Notes: generated by a model not told the origin, from the letters alone. DNA of 64,000 nucleotides from Prochlorococcus sp. AG-363-O16 (GCA_003280095.1 QCGA01000004.1:151-64150); one strand, 5' to 3'; positions 8,911 through 19,331 are shown, counted from the first letter of the stretch. Translations and numbers: made by a program.

Positions 8911-9840
8911 TTGTTTTTCAAATCATTAATGCAAATATTGAGACTATTTAGCGAGTTAATTCCCTGTTTATTTCTTGGATATCTGATTGGTCGTTCTAAA
9001 CCAGGGCTTGCGTCGCATATCTCTCGACCATTGGTAAGCGTTGGAGTGCCATTGAGTTTGATAGGTCTTCTTTTGAAGAGTGGGCTAGATGGGCGAGTAG
9101 TTGGAGCCCTGTCACTGACCGTATTAGTTATTAGTTTGCTCATTTTTCTAATTCGTATCACCCCAAACCTCAGAGGTCTTATTGAGACCAGAACTATGCT
9201 TTTAGGTAGTGCTTTTGGTAATTCTGGTTATTTCGGGATTCCAGTTTCCCTTGCTCTCCTCCCTAGTGAATCACTTAGTTTCAGTATTGGATATGATCTC
9301 GCCACGACATTGTTGGTGTGGACTTTAGGACCATTGTTGATGGCCCGAAGCCCTATGGAATCGCAGTTGAAATTTAAGGGAAATAATCTTTTTCTTATTT
9401 TGATTAGTAGCCCTGCTTGTAAAGGATTGGTTGGTGCTTTTTTGATTCAGTTGACCCCTTGGAGTGATCAAATTGGCTCTTTTCTTTGGTTCCCATCAAG
9501 AATTGTCATTGTTTTAGCTCTATTGATTGTTGGTATGAGTCTAGGTAGGTTGTCCTCTGTTGAACATCCGGTCCCAGGAAGTTTCAACGCCTTATTGTGG
9601 CAAAGTTTATCAATAAAGCTTGTAGCTTTACCATTCTTAATGCTGGTGGTTTCAAGAATTTTCGGCCTTTCAAACCTGATTTGTAAGGCATTGGTTTTGC
9701 AATCGGCAACTCCTACTGCAATCTCTGTATTGTTGTTAGCTCAAGTCACTGGAGAAGATCAGGAAATAGCAGCGACTTTGGTGGTTTGGAGCACATTGAT
9801 TGCGATAGTAACAGTTCCATTATGGTCATTAATTCTTTAA
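8911..9840 (+). CDS. auxin-efflux-carrier (AEC) family-like permease
   Basis: 309 aa with about 9-10 TM helices. Overall organisation resembles a predicted AEC-type permease. Confidence 0.6.
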   Translation: MFFKSLMQILRLFSELIPCLFLGYLIGRSKPGLASHISRPLVSVGVPLSLIGLLLKSGLDGRVVGALSLTVLVISLLIFLIRITPNLRGLIETRTMLLGSAFGNSGYFGIPVSLALLPSESLSFSIGYDLATTLLVWTLGPLLMARSPMESQLKFKGNNLFLILISSPACKGLVGAFLIQLTPWSDQIGSFLWFPSRIVIVLALLIVGMSLGRLSSVEHPVPGSFNALLWQSLSIKLVALPFLMLVVSRIFGLSNLICKALVLQSATPTAISVLLLAQVTGEDQEIAATLVVWSTLIAIVTVPLWSLIL

Positions 9841-9920
9841 TGATTTCTCTATATAATACCTACTATATTATTTCCTGGCTGCTTATATTGGGGTGGAATT
9901 GATTCTATACTAAGTTTTAA

Positions 9921-11084
9921 ATGCAAGCAGTTAACTGGAAGGCTCCCATTGCTGTTTGGTCTGTTTATGCAATAAGTTGTTTAATATATGAATCATTCTT
10001 TAATGTGCCAGGAAATATCTCCGTTGGTGCTTTGAGTGTTTTCATGATGCCATATTTAGGAAGTTCTCTAGCACTTTATCTGAATTCCAAGAGAAAACTA
10101 TTTTTTGACTTTCAGGCAAATTCAAATACTAATAATAGTACTGGTTTCCTGGACAAAGTAGTCACGTTTCTTGTGCCTCTGATATTGGTATTGCAAGTTA
10201 TCTCTTGGATTTATATTTTCTATCATGTCGATGTTACTGGAAACTCGAAAGAATTTTTCATGTCCCTAAGGAATTACTCAATTAATATGACAAGTGTTGT
10301 TCCTACATTTCTTAGTTATCCAAATGGAATTTGTTTTGCAGCTTTCTGTATTGCATTTGCCAGTTATCGATGTAAGAAGAAGAACAGACAATTATTTCTT
10401 TTGTCAATTTCTATATTAAACATCTTCTTGAATGACCTTCAAACTTCTGGCAGGGCTGGAATGGCTTTTGTGGTTTTTGTATTATTTTCTTCGACTTGTT
10501 GGGATTGGCGAGTTAACAGAATTAACCCATCTGGATTTTTATTGTCTATTTTCAGTATAACTATTTTTACGCAATTACCAAAGGTCTTAAGAGAAGGCTA
10601 TGGCTCCATATTTGAGTTGGGGGATTTAATTCAGGAGGTGATGCGTTATTGTTTTTCATACCTTAATACCTTGACCGAACTATTGATGAGGTTGCCAGAT
10701 CCAAATTGGATTGGGCAAAGAAGCTTCTTGCCTATTTATAATATTCTTTCAAGATTTGACTCTTCGATAACAAGACAGGCTATCCACTCCGTTGAAAATA
10801 GTAATGTATGGGGTTACAATAATTATACAATAGCAGGTGAGTTGATCAGGGATTTTTCATATATTGGATGCTTTATAATACCATTCTTTATTACACTGTT
10901 TATCATTTACTTTGCAAGTATTTCATCTGTACCCCTAAATATTGCAATTACAAGTTATTTTTATGGGTGGCTAATTTACGGTTCCATTACCAATATTCTG
11001 ATGATGGGTGGCTTCTTAATCTCTTTGGTTTGTCTCTTCGCTTTATCTTGTATTGAGGTTCACTATTCCGTTAGTAATAAATGA
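9921..11084 (+). CDS. polytopic membrane protein, possibly O-antigen/oligosaccharide polymerase (Wzy)-like
   Basis: 387 aa with at least 10 hydrophobic helices. Very AT-rich codons. The function is a guess from topology only. Confidence 0.5.
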   Translation: MQAVNWKAPIAVWSVYAISCLIYESFFNVPGNISVGALSVFMMPYLGSSLALYLNSKRKLFFDFQANSNTNNSTGFLDKVVTFLVPLILVLQVISWIYIFYHVDVTGNSKEFFMSLRNYSINMTSVVPTFLSYPNGICFAAFCIAFASYRCKKKNRQLFLLSISILNIFLNDLQTSGRAGMAFVVFVLFSSTCWDWRVNRINPSGFLLSIFSITIFTQLPKVLREGYGSIFELGDLIQEVMRYCFSYLNTLTELLMRLPDPNWIGQRSFLPIYNILSRFDSSITRQAIHSVENSNVWGYNNYTIAGELIRDFSYIGCFIIPFFITLFIIYFASISSVPLNIAITSYFYGWLIYGSITNILMMGGFLISLVCLFALSCIEVHYSVSNK

Positions 11085-11101
11085 ATAAACTAATAATCAA
11101 A

Positions 11102-11917
11102 TTATAATTTGATTATTAGTTTCAACCAGAATTCATTACCGAAGAACCAAACCAAGTATCCAGCAGATGCGAGGAATGGGGCAAAAGGAAAAACCCGGGT
11201 TATTGGAAATCGACCTGTAATGAATCCCAAAAAAGAAAATAACCCAGCAGTTATAAATGCAATTGATATTGATATTAAAAGGCCATTAATACCAAGCCAG
11301 GAACCTAAAAATGATGAGAGTTTTGCATCGCCAAAACCTAAGGCTTCTTTTCTAAGGATTTTTTTCGAAATTAGGCTTAGAGATATGAATAGTATAAACC
11401 CTAAAAATGAAGCTAGCGAATGATTAAGTAGAAGCAGGATTCCATCTCCAAGATTAGTTTGTAACCCAAAGAATAATGTAACCATTAATCCTGAGATGAT
11501 TCCTGCAAAACATATAGATTTAGGTAACCAAAGAAATTCTAAGTCGATTATGATTAAAGGCAATAATAGGGAAATGAGTAAGCATCCTGAAACCGTAGAA
11601 AGTAATTTAGAATCTATAAATAGATTTGTTGGTTGAGCGAAGTTAGAGCTTACAAATAATCCCGCACAAAGTATTTCTGTAAAAGGATACCTTATACTTA
11701 GATTTTGATTGGATAATTTTCTGTCAAGGGTAATTAAAATCCAACGAATTAATGAGATATTCTTATACCATTTAATATTGAAATCATTTTGATCATGACA
11801 AATTGAATTATCAGTAATTGTTTTTTTTCGGGTAACTCGAAAGCATATCATGTTGATTAGATTCCCGATATATAAACCTATGAGAAATAAATATGAATTA
11901 ATTGAAGCTAGATTCAT
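11102..11917 (-). CDS. prepilin (type IV leader) peptidase, A24 family
   Basis: ALGFGDAKLSSFLGSWLG and FPFAPFLASAGYLVWF match the conserved GxGDxKL and PFGP-like blocks of PilD-type peptidases. Confidence 0.8.
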   Translation of the reverse strand: MNLASINSYLFLIGLYIGNLINMICFRVTRKKTITDNSICHDQNDFNIKWYKNISLIRWILITLDRKLSNQNLSIRYPFTEILCAGLFVSSNFAQPTNLFIDSKLLSTVSGCLLISLLLPLIIIDLEFLWLPKSICFAGIISGLMVTLFFGLQTNLGDGILLLLNHSLASFLGFILFISLSLISKKILRKEALGFGDAKLSSFLGSWLGINGLLISISIAFITAGLFSFLGFITGRFPITRVFPFAPFLASAGYLVWFFGNEFWLKLIIKL

Positions 11918-11937
11918 GTTTTGCTTAATTATTATTA

Positions 11938-12711
11938 TTATTTAGTCAAGTGGTTGAAGTTTTCTGTAGTCTTCTTGACTTCTTCTGTTAGAACTAGGAA
12001 TCTATATTGTTGCTTTAGTTGTTTGTGGCTCATGGCCTTAAGTGGACCAATTGGTAGCTCTTGCCTCAGAGCAATCAATTCGTTTTGACTATGAATAGTA
12101 CCAATACATCCTAAGGCTAACAATGCTGATTTTGAAACAACTTCTGGACCTTTTCTAGCTAAGACAGCAATTTTAGATGAAATAATAGCACTGTTTCTTC
12201 TTTGAAGAATTTGAATAGCTTTCAATACAACTTCGTTTCTGAAGTCCTTTAATGGTTCATTTAAAATTTCAAGTAGAACTTCGTCACTTAATAGGTGAGC
12301 CTTGAAACTTAATAATTCCAAGCCAGCCAATCGAAATGCTTTAGATTTTTCATTGAGGATAGTATTTAATAGAGTTACCGGAATTTCAGCCCCCCAACAT
12401 GCAAGAGCTTGTATTATTTCAATTCTCATCTCTTGTGATTCATAAAGTAACTTGATTAGCCAGTTTTTAGCTTCATGTTGATGACTTAGACCTGCAGCAA
12501 GAATCAGTTCGGGTTGAATTCCTTCTCTTTGGATAATTAATTTCAAATGACTCCAACCTTTATCTCCCATCCACCCCAAATGATCGGCTATTGCCATTCG
12601 AAGACTTGTGCTCAGGTTGAGTGAGTAGATATTCATTAGCCAAGAGGCGCTTAAAGGCGCCACCCTTGCATGATTTAGCTTTTCCCAGATAGTAGCCTCT
12701 TGATCCTTCAT
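11938..12711 (-). CDS. HEAT-repeat-like helical protein
   Basis: 257 aa of repeated helical hairpins. It starts 12 nt downstream of the transporter gene, so it is probably co-transcribed. Confidence 0.5.
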   Translation of the reverse strand: MKDQEATIWEKLNHARVAPLSASWLMNIYSLNLSTSLRMAIADHLGWMGDKGWSHLKLIIQREGIQPELILAAGLSHQHEAKNWLIKLLYESQEMRIEIIQALACWGAEIPVTLLNTILNEKSKAFRLAGLELLSFKAHLLSDEVLLEILNEPLKDFRNEVVLKAIQILQRRNSAIISSKIAVLARKGPEVVSKSALLALGCIGTIHSQNELIALRQELPIGPLKAMSHKQLKQQYRFLVLTEEVKKTTENFNHLTK

Positions 12712-12723
12712 TGATATTCTCCC

Positions 12724-13635
12724 TTAACGAGCTCCTAGTTCTGCTGCTAACTCTCTTTCTAATTTCTCATCATGAACTGTTGGTAAGACGTTAGGCATCT
12801 TGGTTCGATGGGTGCTATAGAAGAGCATGCCAATAAATACCATTCCACCAATAATGTTTCCTAATGTGACTGGGATGAAATTCCAGAAGATAACTTTGTA
12901 GAAGGCAACTCCAGATCCTAAAAGAGGACCTGCTGTATGCAAAAACATATTCACTACAATATGTTCCATTCCCATAGTTTGGAAGGCTGTAATTGGTAAC
13001 CAGCATGCAAGTAGTTTGCCTGGGACACTTTTACTTACTAGTGCCATTGTCACGCCCAAACAAACAAGCCAGTTTGCAATTACACCTCTTAAAAATGCCA
13101 AAAATAAACCAGTAGTTCCTAATGCTTCATATTTATTAAGAACATTTGATTGGTTTATAGAAATTATTTTCGATGCTACAACTGCCCAACCTTTACCTCC
13201 CTCCGCAACTGATAACGGCTCAATTGTTCCGGCACTTGTTAAGCTTATCGATAGTAAAATTGCAACTAAAAATGTTCCAAGAAAATTCCCTATCCAAACC
13301 CAGCTCCAGTTACGAATAGTTGCCCTCCACGATGATCTTCCTGCCCAAGTCGCCATGGGTAATAGAGCAAAATTACCAGTAACTAATTCCATGCCGAAAA
13401 GAACAATACTGGCAAATCCAAATGGGAAAATAACTGATCCCAGAAAAGGCATCCCAGATTGAATCCCTACAGTTATAGCTAAGCAAGTTGCAAGGCCAAG
13501 AATTGCTCCTGAGTAAAATCCCCGAACCAATAAATTTTTAACACTTACGGTTGATTTCTTCCCCCCGGCGGCAATCATTCCATCAACTAATTCATTTGGG
13601 AGGACATAGTCCATTTGTGATGCGATTTGGTCCAT
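12724..13635 (-). CDS. focA: formate/nitrite transporter (FNT) family protein, probable nitrite transporter
   Basis: Six-TM FNT-like sequence (..LLVRGFYSGAILGLA.., ..FGMELVTGNFALLP..). It lies next to nirA. Confidence 0.9.
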   Translation of the reverse strand: MDQIASQMDYVLPNELVDGMIAAGGKKSTVSVKNLLVRGFYSGAILGLATCLAITVGIQSGMPFLGSVIFPFGFASIVLFGMELVTGNFALLPMATWAGRSSWRATIRNWSWVWIGNFLGTFLVAILLSISLTSAGTIEPLSVAEGGKGWAVVASKIISINQSNVLNKYEALGTTGLFLAFLRGVIANWLVCLGVTMALVSKSVPGKLLACWLPITAFQTMGMEHIVVNMFLHTAGPLLGSGVAFYKVIFWNFIPVTLGNIIGGMVFIGMLFYSTHRTKMPNVLPTVHDEKLERELAAELGAR

Positions 13636-13668
13636 GATGGTTACTTTGTTTGATTTTACGGGATACTT

Positions 13669-13812
13669 TTAATCACTAATATGATTCATTATCCGTGAGA
13701 ATAAATCTTGACTTCCACCCTTTCTGTAGATCTCTGGATGCTCATTGTCAGCATTATTGATCCAATTAATAATGCGATGAAGAGCAACTTTGGTTTTGAT
13801 TTTGAATTTCAT
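13669..13812 (-). CDS. 47-aa ORF between nirA and the transporter gene (MKFKIKTKVALHRIINWINNADNEHPEIYRKGGSQDLFSRIMNHISD)
   Basis: ATG at 13812 and TAA at 13669-13671. It falls below the track cut-off. No Shine-Dalgarno sequence and no known motif. Confidence 0.2.
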   Translation of the reverse strand: MKFKIKTKVALHRIINWINNADNEHPEIYRKGGSQDLFSRIMNHISD

Positions 13813-13853
13813 TGAAATAAAGAGGAGTTTTTCTTAATAAAGGTCAAGGTAGA

Positions 13854-15461
13854 TTATGGAAAAGTACTACCTTGACCTTTAGAAATAAGTCTATTAATCA
13901 ATCTTTTAATAGGCTTAAGTCCTCTATAAATATCTTTCCCTTTTGGTATTGCAGAGTATTCATTTATTAGTATTCTCTTCAGTACAACTTTTAATTCACT
14001 GGTAGGGATTGATTTGTATTTTAACTCGCCAATCCTCTTGTTTATTCCTTGATCACCACCAACACTTATGTGATAAGCTTCAACCATACTACCGTCAGCA
14101 TTTTTAGCTTTTGTTCCAGTAAGGCCTATAGCCCCCATATAGGCTTGACCACAACTATTTGGGCATCCAGTCCAATGAATTTTGAGTTCTTCAGGTAAGT
14201 GTATCTCTGAGTCCAATTCTTTGGAAATTTTGAGTGCTTGGTCCTTTGTGTTGGTCAGAGCAAAACTACAATATGTGTTACCTGTGCATGAGACAGTTCC
14301 AGCAGCAATTGGATTAGGATTTAAAGGAAAAGATTGTAATAAGGGGTCTAATTTCAATCTTTCTATTTTTTCGTCAGGTATATTAATCATTATTATATTT
14401 TGATCTTCGGTAAGACGGATTTCTCCAGAGCCATAATTGATGCTTGCCAAAGCTAAATCTTGGATATTCTCAGCACTTAGCCTCCCCACAGGGACATGAA
14501 GACCAGCGAATGAAAATCCTGATTGTTTTTGTTTGTGCAATCCCAATAATGAACGTGGTTTTTGAGAAAAATTCGAGCCTGGATCAGGACTTAGAGGGCC
14601 TAATTTCTCTTCCAGCATCTCTCGAAATTTTTCTACACCAACTTTGTTTAAGTAAAATCTAAATCTTCCTTTTGGCCGCTTGTCTCTTTCTCCATGGTCT
14701 CTCCAAATAGATATCACAACCCCTGTGAATTCTGTTATTGAATCTGGCTTAATCCATACGTTTAGTGGAATCGCATAATCATTAAGCTGGGAAGAGAGAA
14801 TTCCTCCAACCCAAACTCCAAAGCCTAGAATTCCATTTCTTTTAACTGGATGAAAAACAATGTCATTGTGAAGAAGGAAGTTGTCATATGAACCTGCTAC
14901 AGCAGTATTCCATTTTCTGGGTAAGTTCGAGAATTCTGGATTACCCTCTCCATCGTTTGTGAGGAATTTTTCTAATTTTTTTGTATATGGCCTTGTATCA
15001 ATAATTTCCGAATGATCGATTCCTGCTAGAGGGTTGCCAGTTACGTTTCTTGGATTATCAAATCCTGATTGAATTGTTCTAAGTCCTGCTTCATTTAAAC
15101 GGTTGAGTATTTCAGGAAGGTCACTAATAAGTACCCCACGAAGCTGAAGATTCTGTCTTGTAGTTATGTCGCAACTTCCATTCTCACCATATCTAGCGAC
15201 AATAGAACCAATAACTTTCAATTGGTGTGAGTTTAGAGCTCCGTTTGGAATTCTTAAACGCAACATGAATTTCCCTGGTGATTTTGGTCGCCAAAACATT
15301 CCATACCATTTAAGACGTAGTTCTAAATCAGATTTGTCAATATTTTCCCAACCTATTTTTGAGAAATCTTCAAGTTGCTTTCCCACCAAGAGTCCATCTT
15401 TTTCTGACTTTTGTTGCTCTATTTTATTTAGTTTTTTATCCTTCAGAAAATAATTATTCAT
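13854..15461 (-). CDS. nirA: ferredoxin-nitrite reductase
   Basis: 535 aa. Siroheme/4Fe-4S cysteine clusters CTGNTYCSFAL and GCPNSCGQ. Duplicated nitrite/sulfite reductase fold. Confidence 0.92.
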   Translation of the reverse strand: MNNYFLKDKKLNKIEQQKSEKDGLLVGKQLEDFSKIGWENIDKSDLELRLKWYGMFWRPKSPGKFMLRLRIPNGALNSHQLKVIGSIVARYGENGSCDITTRQNLQLRGVLISDLPEILNRLNEAGLRTIQSGFDNPRNVTGNPLAGIDHSEIIDTRPYTKKLEKFLTNDGEGNPEFSNLPRKWNTAVAGSYDNFLLHNDIVFHPVKRNGILGFGVWVGGILSSQLNDYAIPLNVWIKPDSITEFTGVVISIWRDHGERDKRPKGRFRFYLNKVGVEKFREMLEEKLGPLSPDPGSNFSQKPRSLLGLHKQKQSGFSFAGLHVPVGRLSAENIQDLALASINYGSGEIRLTEDQNIIMINIPDEKIERLKLDPLLQSFPLNPNPIAAGTVSCTGNTYCSFALTNTKDQALKISKELDSEIHLPEELKIHWTGCPNSCGQAYMGAIGLTGTKAKNADGSMVEAYHISVGGDQGINKRIGELKYKSIPTSELKVVLKRILINEYSAIPKGKDIYRGLKPIKRLINRLISKGQGSTFP

Positions 15462-15592
15462 TTCTAAAATTAAAAATGGTAACTGCTTTGGTAGTGAAGG
15501 CTGTTTGTTGTTTGTAGTAGAGAAAATCTTGATTTATCAAGCAATTAAGATTTAACTCTGAAGCTATTTAACGCTTTAGCGTGCCCAAGGTG

Positions 15593-15608
15593 TGTATCTG
15601 AAATTACA
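15593..15608 (-). promoter_or_regulatory. perfect NtcA-type box TGTA-N8-TACA upstream of nirA
   Basis: TGTATCTGAAATTACA lies about 132-147 nt upstream of the nirA ATG. On the nirA strand a TTAAAT -10-like hexamer follows about 22 nt after the TAC. Confidence 0.6.
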
Positions 15609-15638
15609 AAAATAGAATTTCATTTTATTTAATAAACT

Positions 15639-15652
15639 GTGTAATCTGTTAC
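15639..15652 (-). promoter_or_regulatory. second, imperfect NtcA-like box (GTG-N8-TAC)
   Basis: GTGTAATCTGTTAC has one mismatch to GTA-N8-TAC. It lies 45 nt upstream of the perfect box. Confidence 0.3.
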
Positions 15653-15772
15653 AGACTTTTGATGTGGATTTTAATATAGATTTTTCATTAAAAGGATACC
15701 TTCTTATGTGTTTTGATCGAGATGTGAAGTATTTGTTGAATTTAGTCCTAGAAACTCCAAGATCCTTTGCTA

Positions 15773-15970
15773 TCAGTATTTTCGACCTATTTCACCAATC
15801 CAGTTAATTGTACCTGACTTAAGTATTTGCCAAACTTTCATCATTGCATTCAAGTCTCTGCCTAAGACGTTTGTGTATCTATTTGGCATTCTTGTCTTTC
15901 TTCTCATACGTGAGTGTTTTCTCTTTCTGAAATTCGATTCAGATCGGGATCGATAGTGTTGATATGACAA
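15773..15970 (-). CDS. hypothetical very basic small protein
   Basis: 65-aa track ORF with a TTG start, rich in R and K. No other support. Confidence 0.2.
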   Translation of the reverse strand: MSYQHYRSRSESNFRKRKHSRMRRKTRMPNRYTNVLGRDLNAMMKVWQILKSGTINWIGEIGRKY

Positions 15971-16829
15971 TTATTTTTCTTCGCTTAAAATTACTTGTTC
16001 TCATCAAACAAGATCTAATGTTCAAATTCTGTAACTTTTGATACAAAAAAAACTATTTGATGCGAATTATTGCTTGGAAATTATGGGCCTCTATATGTAG
16101 TCTTATTCCGTTATTTGGATCGTATGAAGGAGTTATTTGAAGATTAGCCTTTTGTTGAGTTCAAGCATGCTAGATCAGCTTCCTCCATGCTCTTGTTGTC
16201 AACTATCGTCTTTTACCTGTAGATAAGATGAATAATTCGTTCAGGGTTCATATTTGGGTCTGCGACTTCTTGCGATGAACGTCGACTGAGTTTATTGTCT
16301 CCAAGAATGAATTGTGATTTAACATTCTCTCGTGTTAGTTGGAAAAATTTTCTTTTCTCATTTTGATCTATCTGGTATTTCTTGATGTCTTTTAGCTTGC
16401 TAGAAAGGTAGTAATTTCCACGATAAATTAATTAATATTTTTGAATAAAATCCCCTTGTCTTTTTTTTTCTTTAAATATATTTTTTGTAATTTAATTGAG
16501 CAGATTTTGTTGGCTTGATTTCTCTTTAGTAAAACATGTCTGTCCACCATATAAAAGTGATTGCATCATGGTTTGATGTTTAAACTTAGGATGGCTCCAT
16601 CTAGAGATTTAAGGAATGGACTTTTTATAGTCTATTGATAGTACTTTAGTATTTATTGCAAAATAAATATGAGATCTATACAGATGAAATAAAATGATAA
16701 TTGCATGATCTTCCCTTGAAAATTAAGACTCTGTAGACCTTTATTCGCAGATAGGCAAGTCAGGTAATGGGGTTTGGAGTCGTAAAGAACAGAAAATTTT
16801 ACTCAAAGTCTCTTTAACCTAAATCAAAT

Positions 16830-17186
16830 TTAGATTCTTCCAAGTAACGCAGATAGCTTTAAAATTTCTAAATATAGTATTGCACTAATAGAAGTCATAA
16901 TAACTATAATTGCTCCTCCAAGTTTAAGGACTTTTTGATTTGTGTTTAGTTGACATGATTTGATGGTGGTTTCTGTGGCGCCAAATGGTAAAAAGATGAC
17001 CCCCAGGATTGTTACTGCAAGAATCCCAATCACTATTTGGTCACTGCCAGTACCAAAGTTGAAGCCATCAATCGGAATGTCTACTAGTTCTCTAGCTGAA
17101 TCAGCAAGCTGTTTAAAAGCTTCTTCTTGACTAAGTTCCCACAAGGTTTTGAATTCAGCAGTCATTTCACATATTTGATACCTCAT
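16830..17186 (-). CDS. hypothetical membrane protein
   Basis: 118 aa with two hydrophobic helices in the C-terminal half. Confidence 0.45.
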   Translation of the reverse strand: MRYQICEMTAEFKTLWELSQEEAFKQLADSARELVDIPIDGFNFGTGSDQIVIGILAVTILGVIFLPFGATETTIKSCQLNTNQKVLKLGGAIIVIMTSISAILYLEILKLSALLGRI

Positions 17187-17408
17187 CGAGCATAATTTGA
17201 TATAAACACTATGCTTTTAAACGTTGTATACTGGTTAAATAAATCAATGCTTTTTTAGGGCTTTATACCTAGTCTTGCCGGCTTCGGTTCTCCATGGTGG
17301 TAGCTTGTTGGAGACTTGTTATTTGGGCTCAGGAAGTGATAATCCTTTTGTAAGATTTTATTTAGGAGATTATTTCTTAGGGCCTATAACACCACCAGGT
17401 ATGAATTT

Positions 17409-17648
17409 ATGATGAGATTTTTAGTTATTTTATTGATTGTTTTTATCGCTTTCGACCTTCCTGCCAATGCCTATCCCAATCAAAGGCTTCAAGAATGTAT
17501 GCTTGGAGTTAAACAATCTTCTATTTTGGTAGGCGTCCCTCAGGAAGAAGTGAATGATTGGTGTGATTGTGTGCTGCAATTGATACTTGACGAAGGTAAA
17601 GATGATAAGGCATCAGCCAGTTACTGTGGCCATAAATATTTTAAATAA
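17409..17648 (+). CDS. small secreted cysteine-containing protein
   Basis: Signal peptide MMRFLVILLIVFIAFDLPANA. Four Cys in the mature part. Confidence 0.5.
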   Translation: MMRFLVILLIVFIAFDLPANAYPNQRLQECMLGVKQSSILVGVPQEEVNDWCDCVLQLILDEGKDDKASASYCGHKYFK

Positions 17649-18447
17649 ATTTTTTGGATATTAATTTCATATCCCTTGCAATCTTTTTGATAATTATGGA
17701 TTATCTATATTAGACTGCGTTCTTTATGCAATCTATATAAGAAGAGGAAGGTGCATTCGTGAATAGAATTAATTGTTAAAGCGCATTCAAATCTATTTCC
17801 TTTAAGCTTGCTTTTGCTTGTATTCAGATGGTATCTTCGAAATCTATAATCGACTTTGAAAGTGCAGACTCAACTTGCAGTAATATATAATCTGCCATTA
17901 TCAACCTAAATGGAATACATTTGTTGTTGATGAGAGTTTTGTCAGCTTTTAGTGGCAACAGTTTCCTGCTTTGTCTTGGATTCAGAGAAATTCACTTTAA
18001 TAAAAAGGCAACTCTGTCTACTTTTATATTTGAAGATCTCTGTTTTTGATTTTTCGGTTAGAGGAGGGATTAATTGAAATAGATAAAGAAGTAAGACTTG
18101 CTTGACTTTGTCTGGTTTCAGTGATAACTGTCTTTAAACTTAAGAACTGAGGTTTTGATGGATTCAAAGTAAAGATAAAATTTGCCTTTAGTCAAAATAA
18201 TATGGAAGTTATGAATATTCGGCTTAGATTTTTATTGGTGTTATTCTTTGGCTATTTTGCATATACTTCAAGTAAGGGACTTATTTTATTAGAAAAATCA
18301 AAATAACCCTTGCTCAAAGAGCTTTCAATTTTGGAAAGCTGACTTAGAATTTTTTATGAGTAACTATGGACAAAAATCAATTACAATACAAGAAATAGGA
18401 ATCTATCCCCTATTATCTTATTTGACATCCAATCTCCCACTATTTAG

Positions 18448-18630
18448 ATGGACTTCCAACAATTAACTGAAGAAGAACTTACGGAGATCTGTGAAGATGC
18501 TTTCGTGAATGTGAAAGAGGCTTGCATGAGACTCCAAGAGAAAACCAAATGCTCTAATGAGGTGGTTATAGATATGCTAAATAACGTAGCTGAATATTAT
18601 GTTTCTAAAGTTGTTGAAGATGAGGAATAG
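18448..18630 (+). CDS. hypothetical small acidic protein
   Basis: 60-aa ORF rich in E and D. Confidence 0.35.
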   Translation: MDFQQLTEEELTEICEDAFVNVKEACMRLQEKTKCSNEVVIDMLNNVAEYYVSKVVEDEE

Positions 18631-18871
18631 TGGACTTTGGTTTTGACCTTGTATTTTTGGAAAGCTTTTTCCCGAATGCAAATATAATTCCCGCGTAATT
18701 CTTAAGTACATTATAAAAAAACGACTCCTCAAAACTAATTACAGAGGAAGCCAAGTAAGGAAATTGCATTTTCAGTGCTTGGTCAGAAGGAATGGCCGAT
18801 GCAGAAGAATTTCGATTATCTCATTTTTTAGCATTGTCCCGCCGAAAGCTTGATTTGCTATTTGTGTAAGC

Positions 18872-19282
18872 GTGGATGGAACGCTTAATAGTTCAGGGAA
18901 ATTCTTTATTGTTTACTATTATTCGGTAAACGATTTTACGAAGTTAATGGGTAAACAGGTTTGGCAAGCGAACGATGGTGCGCTATTCGATACAGAGGAA
19001 GAATGTCTTCGGCATGAAAGGGCAAGTGTTTTTTGGGTTGATATGAATAACAGTGAGCAATATGCGATGAATGAGGAGCGTTGGGGGCTCCAGAAAAATT
19101 TCAGCAGGCATTTCCTGGGAGGGTTTCAAGGGGTAGAAACTTTTTGGAATTATGCACAAAGTTTCAGAACATTAGCTGATGTTTTGGATGGCAAGCTTCC
19201 TGGCCTCCCGAAGGCTGCCCCTGCCGAAGCAAAAGGCAAAAGAAAGCTTTTGCCTGCCGCTTCTCGAAAAAGATCCAAGTGA
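18872..19282 (+). CDS. hypothetical protein with a Lys/Ala/Pro-rich tail
   Basis: 136-aa ORF. An internal ATG (MGKQVW..) is a plausible true start. Confidence 0.45.
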   Translation: MDGTLNSSGKFFIVYYYSVNDFTKLMGKQVWQANDGALFDTEEECLRHERASVFWVDMNNSEQYAMNEERWGLQKNFSRHFLGGFQGVETFWNYAQSFRTLADVLDGKLPGLPKAAPAEAKGKRKLLPAASRKRSK

Positions 19283-19331
19283 ACTCGATCTGTTAGAAGA
19301 CAATAGATTTTTTTTCTCTTGCCCATTGACT

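Noticed and set aside
13016-13462. Long antisense or alternate-frame ORFs inside well-supported genes. Examples: 13016..13462 in the nitrite transporter, 36195..36545 in murD, 41038..41412 in prmA, 60669..61148 in lpxC, 52527..52844 in kaiC and 14182..14662 in nirA.
   Set aside because: They are shadow frames of genes with strong motif support and have no independent features.
16215-16295. Minus-strand CGUUCA...GUCGCAGACCCAAAU...UGAACG inverted repeat, reminiscent of the riboswitch at 25741-25804. It is followed by a 12-codon ORF ending ..LIYR.
   Set aside because: It lacks the internal hairpin and the pseudoknot helix, and the downstream ORF is tiny. At best it is a decayed paralogue, and it is more likely chance.
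17800-17960. Complementary mini-ORFs on both strands (+ MVSSKSIIDFESADSTCSNI and - MADYILLQVESALSKSIIDFEDTI) in a long spacer
   Set aside because: Both are under 25 codons, have no motif, and could not be assessed for conservation. They were noted only as a possible small-peptide or antisense locus.
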